From the NCBI GenBank assembly GCA_965203165.1, contig OZ241849.1:1281267-1345266 (forward strand): DNA of 64,000 bases, written 5' to 3'. Origin of the DNA: Dehalococcoidia bacterium. GTDB lineage: Bacteria; Chloroflexota; Dehalococcoidia; Bin125. Under the pieces are notes generated by a model that ran no database searches, was not told where the DNA came from, and worked only from the letters and a program-made list of their open reading frames with translations. Positions 20,357 to 29,909 of the stretch are shown here, piece after piece (the stretch's first letter is position 1; the number at the start of each line of letters is the position of its first letter). Position numbers and translations under genes: made by a program.

Positions 20357-21573
20357 TGCCAGCCGAGCGGCCGATCCTCGCCGACCTCAAGGTGCTCGAC
20401 CTTTCCTGGATCGTGGCGGGACCGACGGTGGGCCGCGCGCTGGCGGATTTCGGCGCGACGGTGATTCGCGTGGAGTCGGCCGCGCGGGTTGACACGGCGC
20501 GGGTGGTCGGCCCGTTTCACGGCGACGAGCCAGGCGTGGAGAATTCCGGGCTGTACGGCTCGGTCAACGCGGGCAAGCTGGGTGTGGCGCTCAATCTGCG
20601 CTTCCCCGAAGCGCGGGAGGTGCTGCGCGATCTCGTCCGTTGGGCGGATCTGGTCAGCGAGTCGTTCACCGCCGGGGTGCTCGAACAGTGGGATTTGGAC
20701 TACGACGCGCTGCGGCGGATCAAGCCCGATTTGATCATGCTGAGCAGCACGCTGCTGGGGCAGTACGGCCCCGAGCGCTCGGTCTCGGGCTTCGGCACGC
20801 AGGGCGCGGGGATGTCGGGGGCGTTGGATTTGACGGGCTGGCCGGACCGGCCGCCGGCCGGGCCTTTCGGTCCCTACACCGACTACCCGGCGCCGCGTTT
20901 CGCGCTCACCGCGGTGTTGGCGGCGCTTGAACACCGCCGCCGCACGGGGCAGGGCGCGCATATCGACCAGGCGCAGGCCGAGGCCACGCTCCACTTTCTC
21001 GCGCCGGCGCTGATCGATTACCTCAACGGCGGCCCCGCGCTGCAACGGCGCGGCAACGACAACGCGCAGATGTGGCCGCACGGCGTCTATCCGTCGCAGC
21101 CGCCGCCGGACCGCGGCGAGGCGTGGGTCGCGATCGGGGTGCGCGGCGACGCGGACTGGCGCAGCCTCGCGGGGGTAGTCGGCGGGCTCGATGCGGCGCT
21201 GACTGAGTCTCAGCGCCGCGCGCAGTCAGGGGAGATCGACGCCGTGATCGCAGCCTGGACTGCGCAGCGCTCCGCCGGTGCGGCCGAGCGGGTCCTGCAG
21301 GCGGCGGGCGTTCCTGCGCACCGGCTCGCCAGTACGGAGGATGCGGCGAATGATCCGCAGCTGGCGCAGCGCGGGCACTTTGTGCAACTGCCGCACGCGC
21401 TGCTCGGGCAAACCGTGGTAGAAGGGCCGCGCTATCGGCTCTCCGATACTCCGGGCGCGCCGATCCGCCCCGCTCCGCAGGTCGGGGAGCACACGGCGCG
21501 GGTGCTCAAAGAGATTCTCGAATACAGCGACGTGCAGATTACGTCGCTGGCCGCCAGCGGCGCGCTGAGCTGA
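20356..21573 (+). CDS. CoA-transferase family III (CaiB/BaiF)
   Basis: LKVLDLSWIVAGPTVGRALADFGATVIRVE. Its start overlaps the previous stop (TGATG). Confidence 0.8.
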   Translation: MPAERPILADLKVLDLSWIVAGPTVGRALADFGATVIRVESAARVDTARVVGPFHGDEPGVENSGLYGSVNAGKLGVALNLRFPEAREVLRDLVRWADLVSESFTAGVLEQWDLDYDALRRIKPDLIMLSSTLLGQYGPERSVSGFGTQGAGMSGALDLTGWPDRPPAGPFGPYTDYPAPRFALTAVLAALEHRRRTGQGAHIDQAQAEATLHFLAPALIDYLNGGPALQRRGNDNAQMWPHGVYPSQPPPDRGEAWVAIGVRGDADWRSLAGVVGGLDAALTESQRRAQSGEIDAVIAAWTAQRSAGAAERVLQAAGVPAHRLASTEDAANDPQLAQRGHFVQLPHALLGQTVVEGPRYRLSDTPGAPIRPAPQVGEHTARVLKEILEYSDVQITSLAASGALS

Positions 21574-21606
21574 ACGGTTTATCCTGAACGCAGGGGAGGC
21601 GAATCC

Positions 21607-22308
21607 GTGTTGAAGCCGCATGATCCCGTGCTCACCGAGCCGCGCTACTCCGCGTCCGACGCGGCGCTGATCGCCCGAACACGCAGCCAGAACATCTCGA
21701 ATTGGTTCCGCGGCTACGCACGTGCCGGCAAACAGTTCGCGCCGCTCTTTCCCGACCGCGGGCGCACAGCCGACGCTGCGTTGAAGATCGGCTTCCTGGA
21801 ACTGACCGAGGCGATCGTCGTCGCCCGCTTTCGCGAGCTGGGCGTCCCACTACAGCGCATCCGCGCGGCACGGCAATTCGTCGAGGTCCACTTGGACGCA
21901 GAGTATCCGTTCGCGCACCGCAAATTTAAGGTTCGCGGCGGTCGCATCCTGCACGACTTCGAGAGCAAGCAGCCAGACGCAGGACCGGGGTTGGTGCTGA
22001 TCGACGAAGGCAACGCCGCAGGGCAGATCACTCTTCCCGCCTTGGTGCAGGATGCGCTCGACCTCTTCGAGTACTCGTCGGGCGAAGATGCCTGGGCGGC
22101 GCGGATCCATCCCTGCGGATCTGATGCGCCACTGTCCATCGACCCGCACTTCCGCTCAGGTCAGGTCGTTGTCGAAGAGCGCGGAATCACGGTGCATCAC
22201 ATCGCGGGGCGCTTTCGCGCCGGCGAAACTGTTCCGTTTATCGCGCGCGACTACGAAATCGATGTCGCGTCAGTCAATGCTGCGTTGGAATTCGTGCACG
22301 CGGCATGA
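21607..22308 (+). CDS. VapB45-like antitoxin (N-terminal extension plus C-terminal DUF433)
   Basis: C-terminal FRSGQVVVEERGITVHHIAGRFRAGETVPFIARDYEIDVASVNAALEF matches the DUF433 pattern (G.P.I.GTRI.V..I...G.S.EEI...Y.L....I.AAL.Y). Lower GC than its surroundings. Confidence 0.55.
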   Translation: MLKPHDPVLTEPRYSASDAALIARTRSQNISNWFRGYARAGKQFAPLFPDRGRTADAALKIGFLELTEAIVVARFRELGVPLQRIRAARQFVEVHLDAEYPFAHRKFKVRGGRILHDFESKQPDAGPGLVLIDEGNAAGQITLPALVQDALDLFEYSSGEDAWAARIHPCGSDAPLSIDPHFRSGQVVVEERGITVHHIAGRFRAGETVPFIARDYEIDVASVNAALEFVHAA

Positions 22309-22712
22309 ACATGTTCTTCGACGAAAACATCGGCAGAGGAGTGCCGTTGGCGCTGCGCAACGTGGGCTTTCGAAATGTGCGCTACCTGAGGGAGACATTC
22401 CGAAAGCGTATCCGTCGAGGTGAGCGCATCTACGATCGTGATTGGATCCCGATGGTTGGGCAACAAGGCTGGCTCGCCATCACGGAGGATTTGGCAATCC
22501 TGGACAATGAAGATGAACGTGCACTCCTGCTGGAGCACAACATCGGCATCGTGTTCCTCAAGGCGGCGAACCTGCCAGCCAGCGACGTACTCGCGTTCAT
22601 GCTGCGGCGCATGAAGTGGCTGGAAGCAATCGACCAGCAGCCGCGGCCGTTTGCATATGTCACCGGCTTGCGTGGTCGGGCGACATTGGATCCGCGTGTC
22701 GCAGCGCTCTAA
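22305..22712 (+). CDS. DUF5615-family putative toxin (VapC45-like partner of DUF433)
   Basis: MNMFFDENIGRGVPLALRNVGFRNV matches the DUF5615 N-terminus (M.FL.DEN......L...G..V). Overlaps the upstream gene by 4 nt. GC is about 55%. Confidence 0.55.
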   Translation: MNMFFDENIGRGVPLALRNVGFRNVRYLRETFRKRIRRGERIYDRDWIPMVGQQGWLAITEDLAILDNEDERALLLEHNIGIVFLKAANLPASDVLAFMLRRMKWLEAIDQQPRPFAYVTGLRGRATLDPRVAAL

Positions 22713-24223
22713 CCCCCCGCGACCCACTCGGCGATTCGTTCGCCGATCACCATGCTTGTGAAGTTGGTGTTGGCGCGGATCAGGGTTGGCATGATTGAGG
22801 CGTCGGCCACGCGCAGACCTGTTACGCCGAAGACGCGGCCTTCGGAATCGACCACTGCGCCCTCGTCCGGGCTTTGGCCCATTGCGCAGGTGCAGGTTGG
22901 GTGCGCCATGCTTGTGCAGGTCGCGTGGATCCAGGCGTCCAGCAGCTCGTCGTCGTTCGCCGTGGCCTCGTCGAAATCCACTGCGCCGTCGTGATACTGC
23001 GCCAGCGCAGGGTGCTGCGAGAGCCGCCAGGCCAGCCGCGCGCCCTCGCGCAGGCGGCGACGATCTTCTTCGTTATCGTCGAAGCTGACGTCGATTCGGG
23101 GATGTTCGCGGTAATCGGCGCTGGCCAGCGTCACCGCGCCGTAGGAGTTGGGCAGCTGCACGCCCGGCGCGATTCCGAACGTACCGTCGCCTCCCCAGAT
23201 CGCGGCCTGCACATGCCCCAGCAGGTAGACCTGCATATCGTTGAACTCGCCACCTTCGGCGGTATAGCGCAGCAGCGTCTGGGTGAGCGGCTTGTCGATC
23301 TCAGCGACGCCCGGCTTGGCGTGGAAGAGCATCGGCGTCATTGGGTGATCCATCAGCCGTTTGCCTACGCCCGGCAGATCGACGACCGACTCGATGCCCA
23401 GCGCCGACAGTTCGGCAGCCGGCCCGATTCCCGAACGGAGCAGGATCGCCGGACTCTGGATTGCTCCGGCCGAAATGATGATCTGCTTGGCCCGCACCGT
23501 TTGCAGCTCGCCGCCCGAGTCCACCCGCAGCCCTACGGCATGCCCATTCTCGACCAGTATCCGATCGACCAGGCAGCCGCTGCGCAGGGTCAGATTGAGC
23601 CGATGCCGCGCCGCCGACAGGTAGCCGAGGTTCGCCGACCAGCGCACCATGCCGCGGCGATTCATCGCCAGCGGCGAAATGCCGGTGCTCTCCGGATCGT
23701 TCTGGTCGTTGGTCTGCTCGAAGCCCAGCGCGACGCAGGCGTCGTAGAAGCCGCGCTGCACCGGCTCCATCTCCTCGCGCTTCCAGCGGACTACGGGGAT
23801 CGGCCCGCCCTGACCGTGAAAATCGCCGCCCTCGTCCTGATCGTCCTCCAGCCGGCGGAAGTAGGGCAGGCACTCGGCCCAGGCCCAGCGCGCGTCGTCG
23901 GTCAGCTCGGCCCAACGGTCGTAGTCGCCGGGCGCGCCGCGGATCGCCACGCCGGTGTTGATCGCGGAGGAGCCGCCGACCAGCTTGCCGCGCGGCATCG
24001 GCTGATCGCGTCCCGGCACGTAGGTGGCGCTGAAGCCCCAGTCGTGCTTCTCGACCGACGGCTCGTGGATGCTGGCTACATCCTCAGGCAGTGACTCCAC
24101 GCCGGCGAAGTCGGGCCCCGCTTCGAGCAGCAGCACGGAGCGATCGGCGTCCTCGCTGAGCCGCGCGGCCAGCACCGCGCCGGCCGAACCCGCCCCCGCC
24201 ACGATCACGTCGTATTCCATCAT
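22709..24223 (-). CDS. GMC-family oxidoreductase (choline dehydrogenase-like)
   Basis: YDVIVAGAGSAGAVLAARLSED FAD-binding N-terminus. Start taken at MMEYD. Confidence 0.8.
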   Translation of the reverse strand: MMEYDVIVAGAGSAGAVLAARLSEDADRSVLLLEAGPDFAGVESLPEDVASIHEPSVEKHDWGFSATYVPGRDQPMPRGKLVGGSSAINTGVAIRGAPGDYDRWAELTDDARWAWAECLPYFRRLEDDQDEGGDFHGQGGPIPVVRWKREEMEPVQRGFYDACVALGFEQTNDQNDPESTGISPLAMNRRGMVRWSANLGYLSAARHRLNLTLRSGCLVDRILVENGHAVGLRVDSGGELQTVRAKQIIISAGAIQSPAILLRSGIGPAAELSALGIESVVDLPGVGKRLMDHPMTPMLFHAKPGVAEIDKPLTQTLLRYTAEGGEFNDMQVYLLGHVQAAIWGGDGTFGIAPGVQLPNSYGAVTLASADYREHPRIDVSFDDNEEDRRRLREGARLAWRLSQHPALAQYHDGAVDFDEATANDDELLDAWIHATCTSMAHPTCTCAMGQSPDEGAVVDSEGRVFGVTGLRVADASIMPTLIRANTNFTSMVIGERIAEWVAGG

Positions 24224-24236
24224 CGCCCTCTCTTTC

Positions 24237-25657
24237 TCAGGTCTGCCGCTGCGGCGCGGCCGCACTGATCATTCTGACAGCTGCCGCCTCGCCGCCCTGC
24301 CGCCCGGGCGGACCGCTGCCGGGCAGCCGCGGGCGGGCGGCCATCAACACCCAGAGCGCGCCGGTCAGCGCGCCCAGGCCGAGCACCGTGAACGGAACGG
24401 CGTAGCTGCCGGTTGCGTCGTAGAGCACCGCGGAGAGGAAGCCGCCGACCGTCATAAAGGTCGACATCACGACCGACGACCAGCCCATGATCTGGCCGAA
24501 GTTCGACGCGCCGAAGTAGTCGGCGCGCAGCGCCGTGATCAGCGGGGCGCGCGAGCCCCAGGCGAGGCCGTTGACCAGCGCCGCCAGCAGCACGATTTCG
24601 TAGGACGCCGCGAACGCTAACAGAATCGCCGCCGCGCAGTGTCCGAACATCGCCGGAATCAGCAGCAGTCGTTTGGAATAGCGATCGCCGAGATAGCCCA
24701 TTCCCAATTGGCCGACCAGCTGCGCCAGATTCATCACCGTATAGGCGATCCCGGCGTGGGTCAGGGTCAGACCATCGATATCGGTCACCAGCAACGTGAA
24801 GTGGACGAAGACGCCGGAGATCACGAGCAGGGGCGCGCCGTGGGCAAGCGCCAGGCCCCAGAACGCCCGCGTGCGCAACGCCTCGCGCGCGGTGAAATCG
24901 CGGTGCCTGCGTGAATTCGCCGCTGGCTGCGGCGCCGCCGGCGCATCGTGCGCAGACTGTGCAGGCTGCGCCTCCGACGGCGCGGGTCCGCCGTCCTTCT
25001 GTAGTCCGCGGTCCTCGGGGCGGCGCACAAACAGCGTCGCCAGCGTTTGTCCGACGGCGAACAGTACGATTCCGGAAAGCAGCGCGGCGTTGCGCCAGCC
25101 GATCTCCTGGATCATATAACCGACGGGCGTGGCCAGAAATCCGCCCAGCGCGAAACCGGTCGACATATAACCGAGCGCGCGCGAGCGATTGCGCTCGAAC
25201 CAGGTGACGACCGCGACCGAGACGGTCATAAACCCGCCCACCGACGCGCCGATCGCGACGACGAAGTAGAAGCCGATGAACGTCCCCTGGCTCCACAGCT
25301 GGGAGAATGCGAGCAGGCCGATCGCCGTGGAGAGGATGCCCAACCGCATCATCGTCTGCGGGCCGAAGCGGTCGATCAGCCAGCCCTGGATCGGACCGAG
25401 CACGCCCGATTCGATTCGCGTGAGCATGAAGGCGAAGCCGAAGAGCGTGGCCGGCCAGAGGAACTCGGCCTTGAGCTCGGCGACGTAGAAGTGGAAGGCG
25501 TGCATGATTAGCCCGCCCATGAGCATGTTGAGCACGATGCCCGCGATGACGATGTACCAGCCGTAGAAAACGTTCGGGGCGCGCAGTCGCAAAACGTGTC
25601 CTCGTAGGCGGACCGGCTGCGCACCAGGCGGCGGCAGGCGCTTCAACCCCGTGATCA
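24237..25657 (-). CDS. MFS transporter
   Basis: About 12 hydrophobic segments and MFS loop motifs. The start was re-derived (cat at 25655-25657). The 934-aa track ORF is a chimera. Confidence 0.7.
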
Positions 25658-25796
25658 TACAGCCGCCGCCGCTTACAGCCCGCCCTAGCGTCGGGCCGTC
25701 CCGCGACGCACCGCAGCGCCCCGCAGCGTCTTGCGCTCTGGCATACTGCGGGGGCATTGGAGGGCGGCGATCGGGCCGCCGGAAGGGAGCTTGACG

Positions 25797-26732
25797 ATGG
25801 CTGAATCGCAAGGGAAACGCGCCGATGTCGATGCGCTCGCGCAGCAGCTGTCCAACTGGGGGCGCTGGGGCGCGGACGACGAGCGTGGCGCGCTCAACTT
25901 CATCACGCCCGAGACCGCCGCGGCGGCCGCCGCGCTGGTGCGGGACGGCGCGACCGTCTCCTGCGCGCTCGAGCTGGCCAAGACGCCCGCGGCCGACAAT
26001 CCGACGCCGGTGATGCACATGATGACGCTGGCCGGCGACGCCAGCGGGCAATCGCGTCTCCAGGGGATCGAGTCGACCGGCGACTATTTCGCGATCGCCC
26101 CGCACGGGATGGCCAACACGCACCTGGACGCGCTCTGCCACATCCTCGACCAGGGCAAGATGTACAACGGGTTCGAGGCCTCGGAGGTGCTGAGCACGGG
26201 CGCGATGCGCAACGCGATCACGGCGGGCGAAGACGGGATCGTCTCGCGCGGCGTGCTGCTCGACATCCCCGCGCTGCGCGGCGTGGACTGGCTCGAACCG
26301 GGCGCGCCGATCGGCGTCGCCGACCTCGAAGCGGCCGAGCAGCGCCAGAATGTGCGCGTGCGCTCCGGCGACATTCTGTTGATCCGCACGGGGCGCGACA
26401 GCCGGCGCGAGGCGGAGGGCGCCTGGCCGCCGTTCGAGGGTCTGGCCGGGCTGACGCTCGAAACGCTGCCCTGGCTGCGCGAGCGCGAAGTCGCGATCCT
26501 CGGCTGCGACGGCGTCTCCGACATGATCCCCTCGAATGTCGAGGGCTCGCCGCTGCCGATCCACCACATCATCATCACCTACATGGGCGTCCACCTGATC
26601 GACAACGCGCGGCTCGGTCCGCTGTCGGCGGCCTGCGCCGAGCGCAGCCGCTGGGAGTTCCTGCTGACGATCGCCCCGCTGCGGCTGGCCGGCGGCACCG
26701 CCTCGCCGATCAACCCGATCGCCCTCTTCTGA
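25797..26732 (+). CDS. Cyclase-family protein (kynurenine formamidase-like)
   Basis: The putative cyclase fold pattern continues to the C-terminus. ATG at 25797 follows GGAAGGGAG. Confidence 0.6.
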   Translation: MAESQGKRADVDALAQQLSNWGRWGADDERGALNFITPETAAAAAALVRDGATVSCALELAKTPAADNPTPVMHMMTLAGDASGQSRLQGIESTGDYFAIAPHGMANTHLDALCHILDQGKMYNGFEASEVLSTGAMRNAITAGEDGIVSRGVLLDIPALRGVDWLEPGAPIGVADLEAAEQRQNVRVRSGDILLIRTGRDSRREAEGAWPPFEGLAGLTLETLPWLREREVAILGCDGVSDMIPSNVEGSPLPIHHIIITYMGVHLIDNARLGPLSAACAERSRWEFLLTIAPLRLAGGTASPINPIALF

Positions 26733-26917
26733 CCTGCGCTGAGGGGCTGTCCGCGCAAAGGGGTTGGCGAGGCCAGTCGGCGCGCGGCGTCGGAGTAACG
26801 GTGGCCGCCGAGTGCGAAAGCCGACCGAGGCGCAGCGCGCACGGGGCCGCGCCTCTCCGCGAAGCCGCCTAGCGCCTCGCGAGCATCGGCCGTGGCGGTG
26901 GTCATATGTGCTATAGC

Positions 26918-29578
26918 TTACTCCAGCTCGGGCGGCCGCGGCCGGTGAAGCAGATCCCGCATTGAGTCGCTGGGCAGCCGCCTTCCTGGACGGCGCGCGA
27001 TCGAGCCAGAGGGCGGCGCATCGGGAGCCGCGCGGTACCACTCCGGCAACAGTTCCGCCGCCATCGGCGTCATTGGCCGCGTAGTCGCGAAGTGCACCTG
27101 GATTTCGCCTGCTTCGATCGAGGTGAGCACGTCGACCAAACCGTCCAGATCCATCGCAGAGTGCGTGATGTCCTGCAAGGTTTGGTAGAGGAGTGGGTGC
27201 GCGTCCGTAGGGAGCGTCGCGGTGTTGGTGTCCGCATAGTGAGACAGTTCATTGACGACCGCGTCGTAGAGAGCGGAGGCTTCGTGCTGCTGCCGCTGAA
27301 TCGGGATGCGTCCGTTGGTGTCGACGCGATGCACGGCAAGAGCGATGGTCGCTGCCCAGCGCCAGCGGACTGGCCAGAACGGGTTGAACTGCGCGGCGCG
27401 CTCGACCAACTCAACGGCATTGAGCGGATTGACAGCGGAAAACACGTCCGGCGGGATCCCTCTTGTGGCGAACCCCTCGTCAGTGATTGTTGCTGCCTGG
27501 CCGATGTCGACATGCTCGCGCTGCGCCAGTTCGAGCACGGCGGCGGCCCACGCCCGGTTGATGCGCAGGCCGAACGGAGCGTGAGCGATAACGATTTCGT
27601 CTCGCTCCTCTTCCCATGTGTGCTCAATGACGATATCCAGCTCGGACGGAATGACGCCAAGCTGCTCCTCAGTGCTGGTGAGGTAGAGAACAGCAAGTTC
27701 GTCTGGGGTTGTGTTCGATTGTGTACGACCAGCGGTACTGATCTGGTGTAGGAGTTCTACAGCGGAGTCGCTCTGATCTGCGGCTGCGATGATCGAGCGG
27801 CGGATTTTTCCGACTTCAGCTGAGAGCTCGCGACTGCGCCCTATGCCTTCACCTGGCCAGCTGGGCGGGTCGGCGCGGTCTTCGATTTGGGTGACCCAAA
27901 CAATCCCTTCCGGGTCGACGCGGCGGACCTGCCAATAGTGGCGGGCGAGCATGAAGGACATGCCTTGTTCCAGCCCGGACGCAAAGAGCTCATCGAGAAT
28001 GCCGACCTCCTTGAGATTCTCCGCGTTGACCGCGCGGAACGTTCCGGTATCGGGGATTGTCCCGCTGTTTGTCAGCGCGATGCGTCGCGTATCAGGCAAC
28101 GGCACGAGCCCATCGCGTCGCGACGACTCTGCGATCAACGGCTGGGACCGGGCGCGGCCGCTGCCCACGCCGTTGATTTGCATTTGCACAGCCGCGTCAA
28201 ACTGGTCTTCAGTGAGCTCTGCATACGGCGCCGCCCGGCGGAACATGTCGAACAGAGCTACAGGGTCCGCGAAATTGGCGGCACTGATTTCGGCGGCAAT
28301 GTGCTGCGCAAGGACATCGAGCGGCATGGGGGGTTGCTGGAGCATGTCGAGCGTGCCGGTGCGCGTGGCTTGCACAAGCGCGGCGCCCTCGATCCAGCCA
28401 TCGACCGATGTCGGGAATAGCGCGCCGTTCGGGATTCGACCTTGCACTCGCCCTGAACGGCCAACCCGCTGCAAGAACGTTGCGATGCGCTTTGGCGAGC
28501 CGATTTGACAAACCAGATCGACTGCGCCGATGTCGATTCCCAGTTCGAGCGACGCGGTGGCAACCACTGCGCGGACATCTCCCCGCTTCATCCGCTCTTC
28601 GAGTGCATCGCGGCGGGCGCGGGAAACTGCGCTGTGGTGGACTCCAACCGCATCTTCTCCGAGAATGTCGCGCAGGGCAGCGACGACGGATTCCGCATCA
28701 GCCCGCGAGTTGACGAAGACGAGGGTAGTGCGGTGTTCGCGGATCAGCTCGGCGATGCGCTTAGCAGTGAAGCTCCAATCCGCCTTGAAGCGCAGATCAG
28801 ATATCGGGTCCTGCGCGCCTTGAGGGATAGTCGGCTCAAGCCAGACCTCGATCTGCTGCTGGTGGCCCAGGTCGACGATGTGGCAAGGCAGCGGCTGGCC
28901 ATTGCGGTCGAGGCCGGAAAGGTAAGCGGCCACTTCATCCATCGGCTTCTGTGTGGCAGAGAGGCCGATGCGGGCCGGGCGCTGTCGCGCGACGTGATCG
29001 AGGCGTGCCAGGGCGAGCGCCAGGTGTGTGCCCCGTTTGTCCTGAACCAGATGGTGAATCTCGTCGATGATCACCGTTTCGACGGTGCGGAAGAGGGCGC
29101 GGCCTCGCGGCGACGAGAGCATGATGTGGAGAGATTCCGGCGTCGTGTTGAGGATGTGCGGCGGGTTGTTGTTGATGTAGTCGCGCTCTTCACGAGTTGA
29201 GTCGCCGGTCCGAACGGCGGTCCTCACGTTCGGCGCCCGCCGGCTTGACGCAAATGCGCGATCGGCGATCTCGTCGAGAGGGCCGTTGAGGCTGCGCTGG
29301 ATGTCGTTGGCGAGGGCCTTGAGCGGCGAGACGTAGAGGATTCGCAGCTCGTTGCCGAGCTGGCCGCGCGCGTCCTCTGCAATCAGCGCGTTGATTCCGG
29401 CAAGGAACGCGGTCAGGGTCTTACCGCTGCCTGTCGGCGCGGCGATCAGCGTGTCGTTGCCTGCCTGGATGCTGGGCCAGCCTTGGACCTGCGTCTCAGT
29501 CGGGCCGCCGGGGAACTTCTCTTGGAACCACTCGCGCACAAGTGGGTGAAAGCGGTCCAGCACATCGGAAGCAGTCAT
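26918..29578 (-). CDS. lhr: Lhr-like ATP-dependent DEAD/DEAH-box helicase
   Basis: Walker A AAPTGSGKT, DEIH box, and an 886-aa length typical of the Lhr core. Confidence 0.8.
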   Translation of the reverse strand: MTASDVLDRFHPLVREWFQEKFPGGPTETQVQGWPSIQAGNDTLIAAPTGSGKTLTAFLAGINALIAEDARGQLGNELRILYVSPLKALANDIQRSLNGPLDEIADRAFASSRRAPNVRTAVRTGDSTREERDYINNNPPHILNTTPESLHIMLSSPRGRALFRTVETVIIDEIHHLVQDKRGTHLALALARLDHVARQRPARIGLSATQKPMDEVAAYLSGLDRNGQPLPCHIVDLGHQQQIEVWLEPTIPQGAQDPISDLRFKADWSFTAKRIAELIREHRTTLVFVNSRADAESVVAALRDILGEDAVGVHHSAVSRARRDALEERMKRGDVRAVVATASLELGIDIGAVDLVCQIGSPKRIATFLQRVGRSGRVQGRIPNGALFPTSVDGWIEGAALVQATRTGTLDMLQQPPMPLDVLAQHIAAEISAANFADPVALFDMFRRAAPYAELTEDQFDAAVQMQINGVGSGRARSQPLIAESSRRDGLVPLPDTRRIALTNSGTIPDTGTFRAVNAENLKEVGILDELFASGLEQGMSFMLARHYWQVRRVDPEGIVWVTQIEDRADPPSWPGEGIGRSRELSAEVGKIRRSIIAAADQSDSAVELLHQISTAGRTQSNTTPDELAVLYLTSTEEQLGVIPSELDIVIEHTWEEERDEIVIAHAPFGLRINRAWAAAVLELAQREHVDIGQAATITDEGFATRGIPPDVFSAVNPLNAVELVERAAQFNPFWPVRWRWAATIALAVHRVDTNGRIPIQRQQHEASALYDAVVNELSHYADTNTATLPTDAHPLLYQTLQDITHSAMDLDGLVDVLTSIEAGEIQVHFATTRPMTPMAAELLPEWYRAAPDAPPSGSIARRPGRRLPSDSMRDLLHRPRPPELE

Positions 29579-29909
29579 GATGTGAGCAGCATAGGATCAG
29601 GTGGACACTGTGTCGTTGAAAGAGACCCAGCCATGCCCAGCAAATGGCCCGCCGTCCACGACGAAGCCCTCACCCTTTCCGTCAGATCCACGCCTGCGGC
29701 GCGCGCGCTTTCGGCAACCCGCCCCCGCCGGCCGGCCGCCTCGCTGGTGACAGCTGGCCATACCGCCGCCAGATCGTCCGCGGCGGCGAGCCCAACGCCC
29801 TCTGCCTCGCCTTATCCGGATCACCCTGCTCGTCAAGACGCCCTCTGCCGTTAGTGTGAACAGGCCGGGAGCGGCGCGCAGCCGCTTCGAGGCTGAATGG
29901 AGACCCACC

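Noticed and set aside
24237-27041. 934-aa minus-strand ORF
   Set aside because: Chimera of the MFS transporter (C-terminal 473 aa) with antisense of the cyclase gene.
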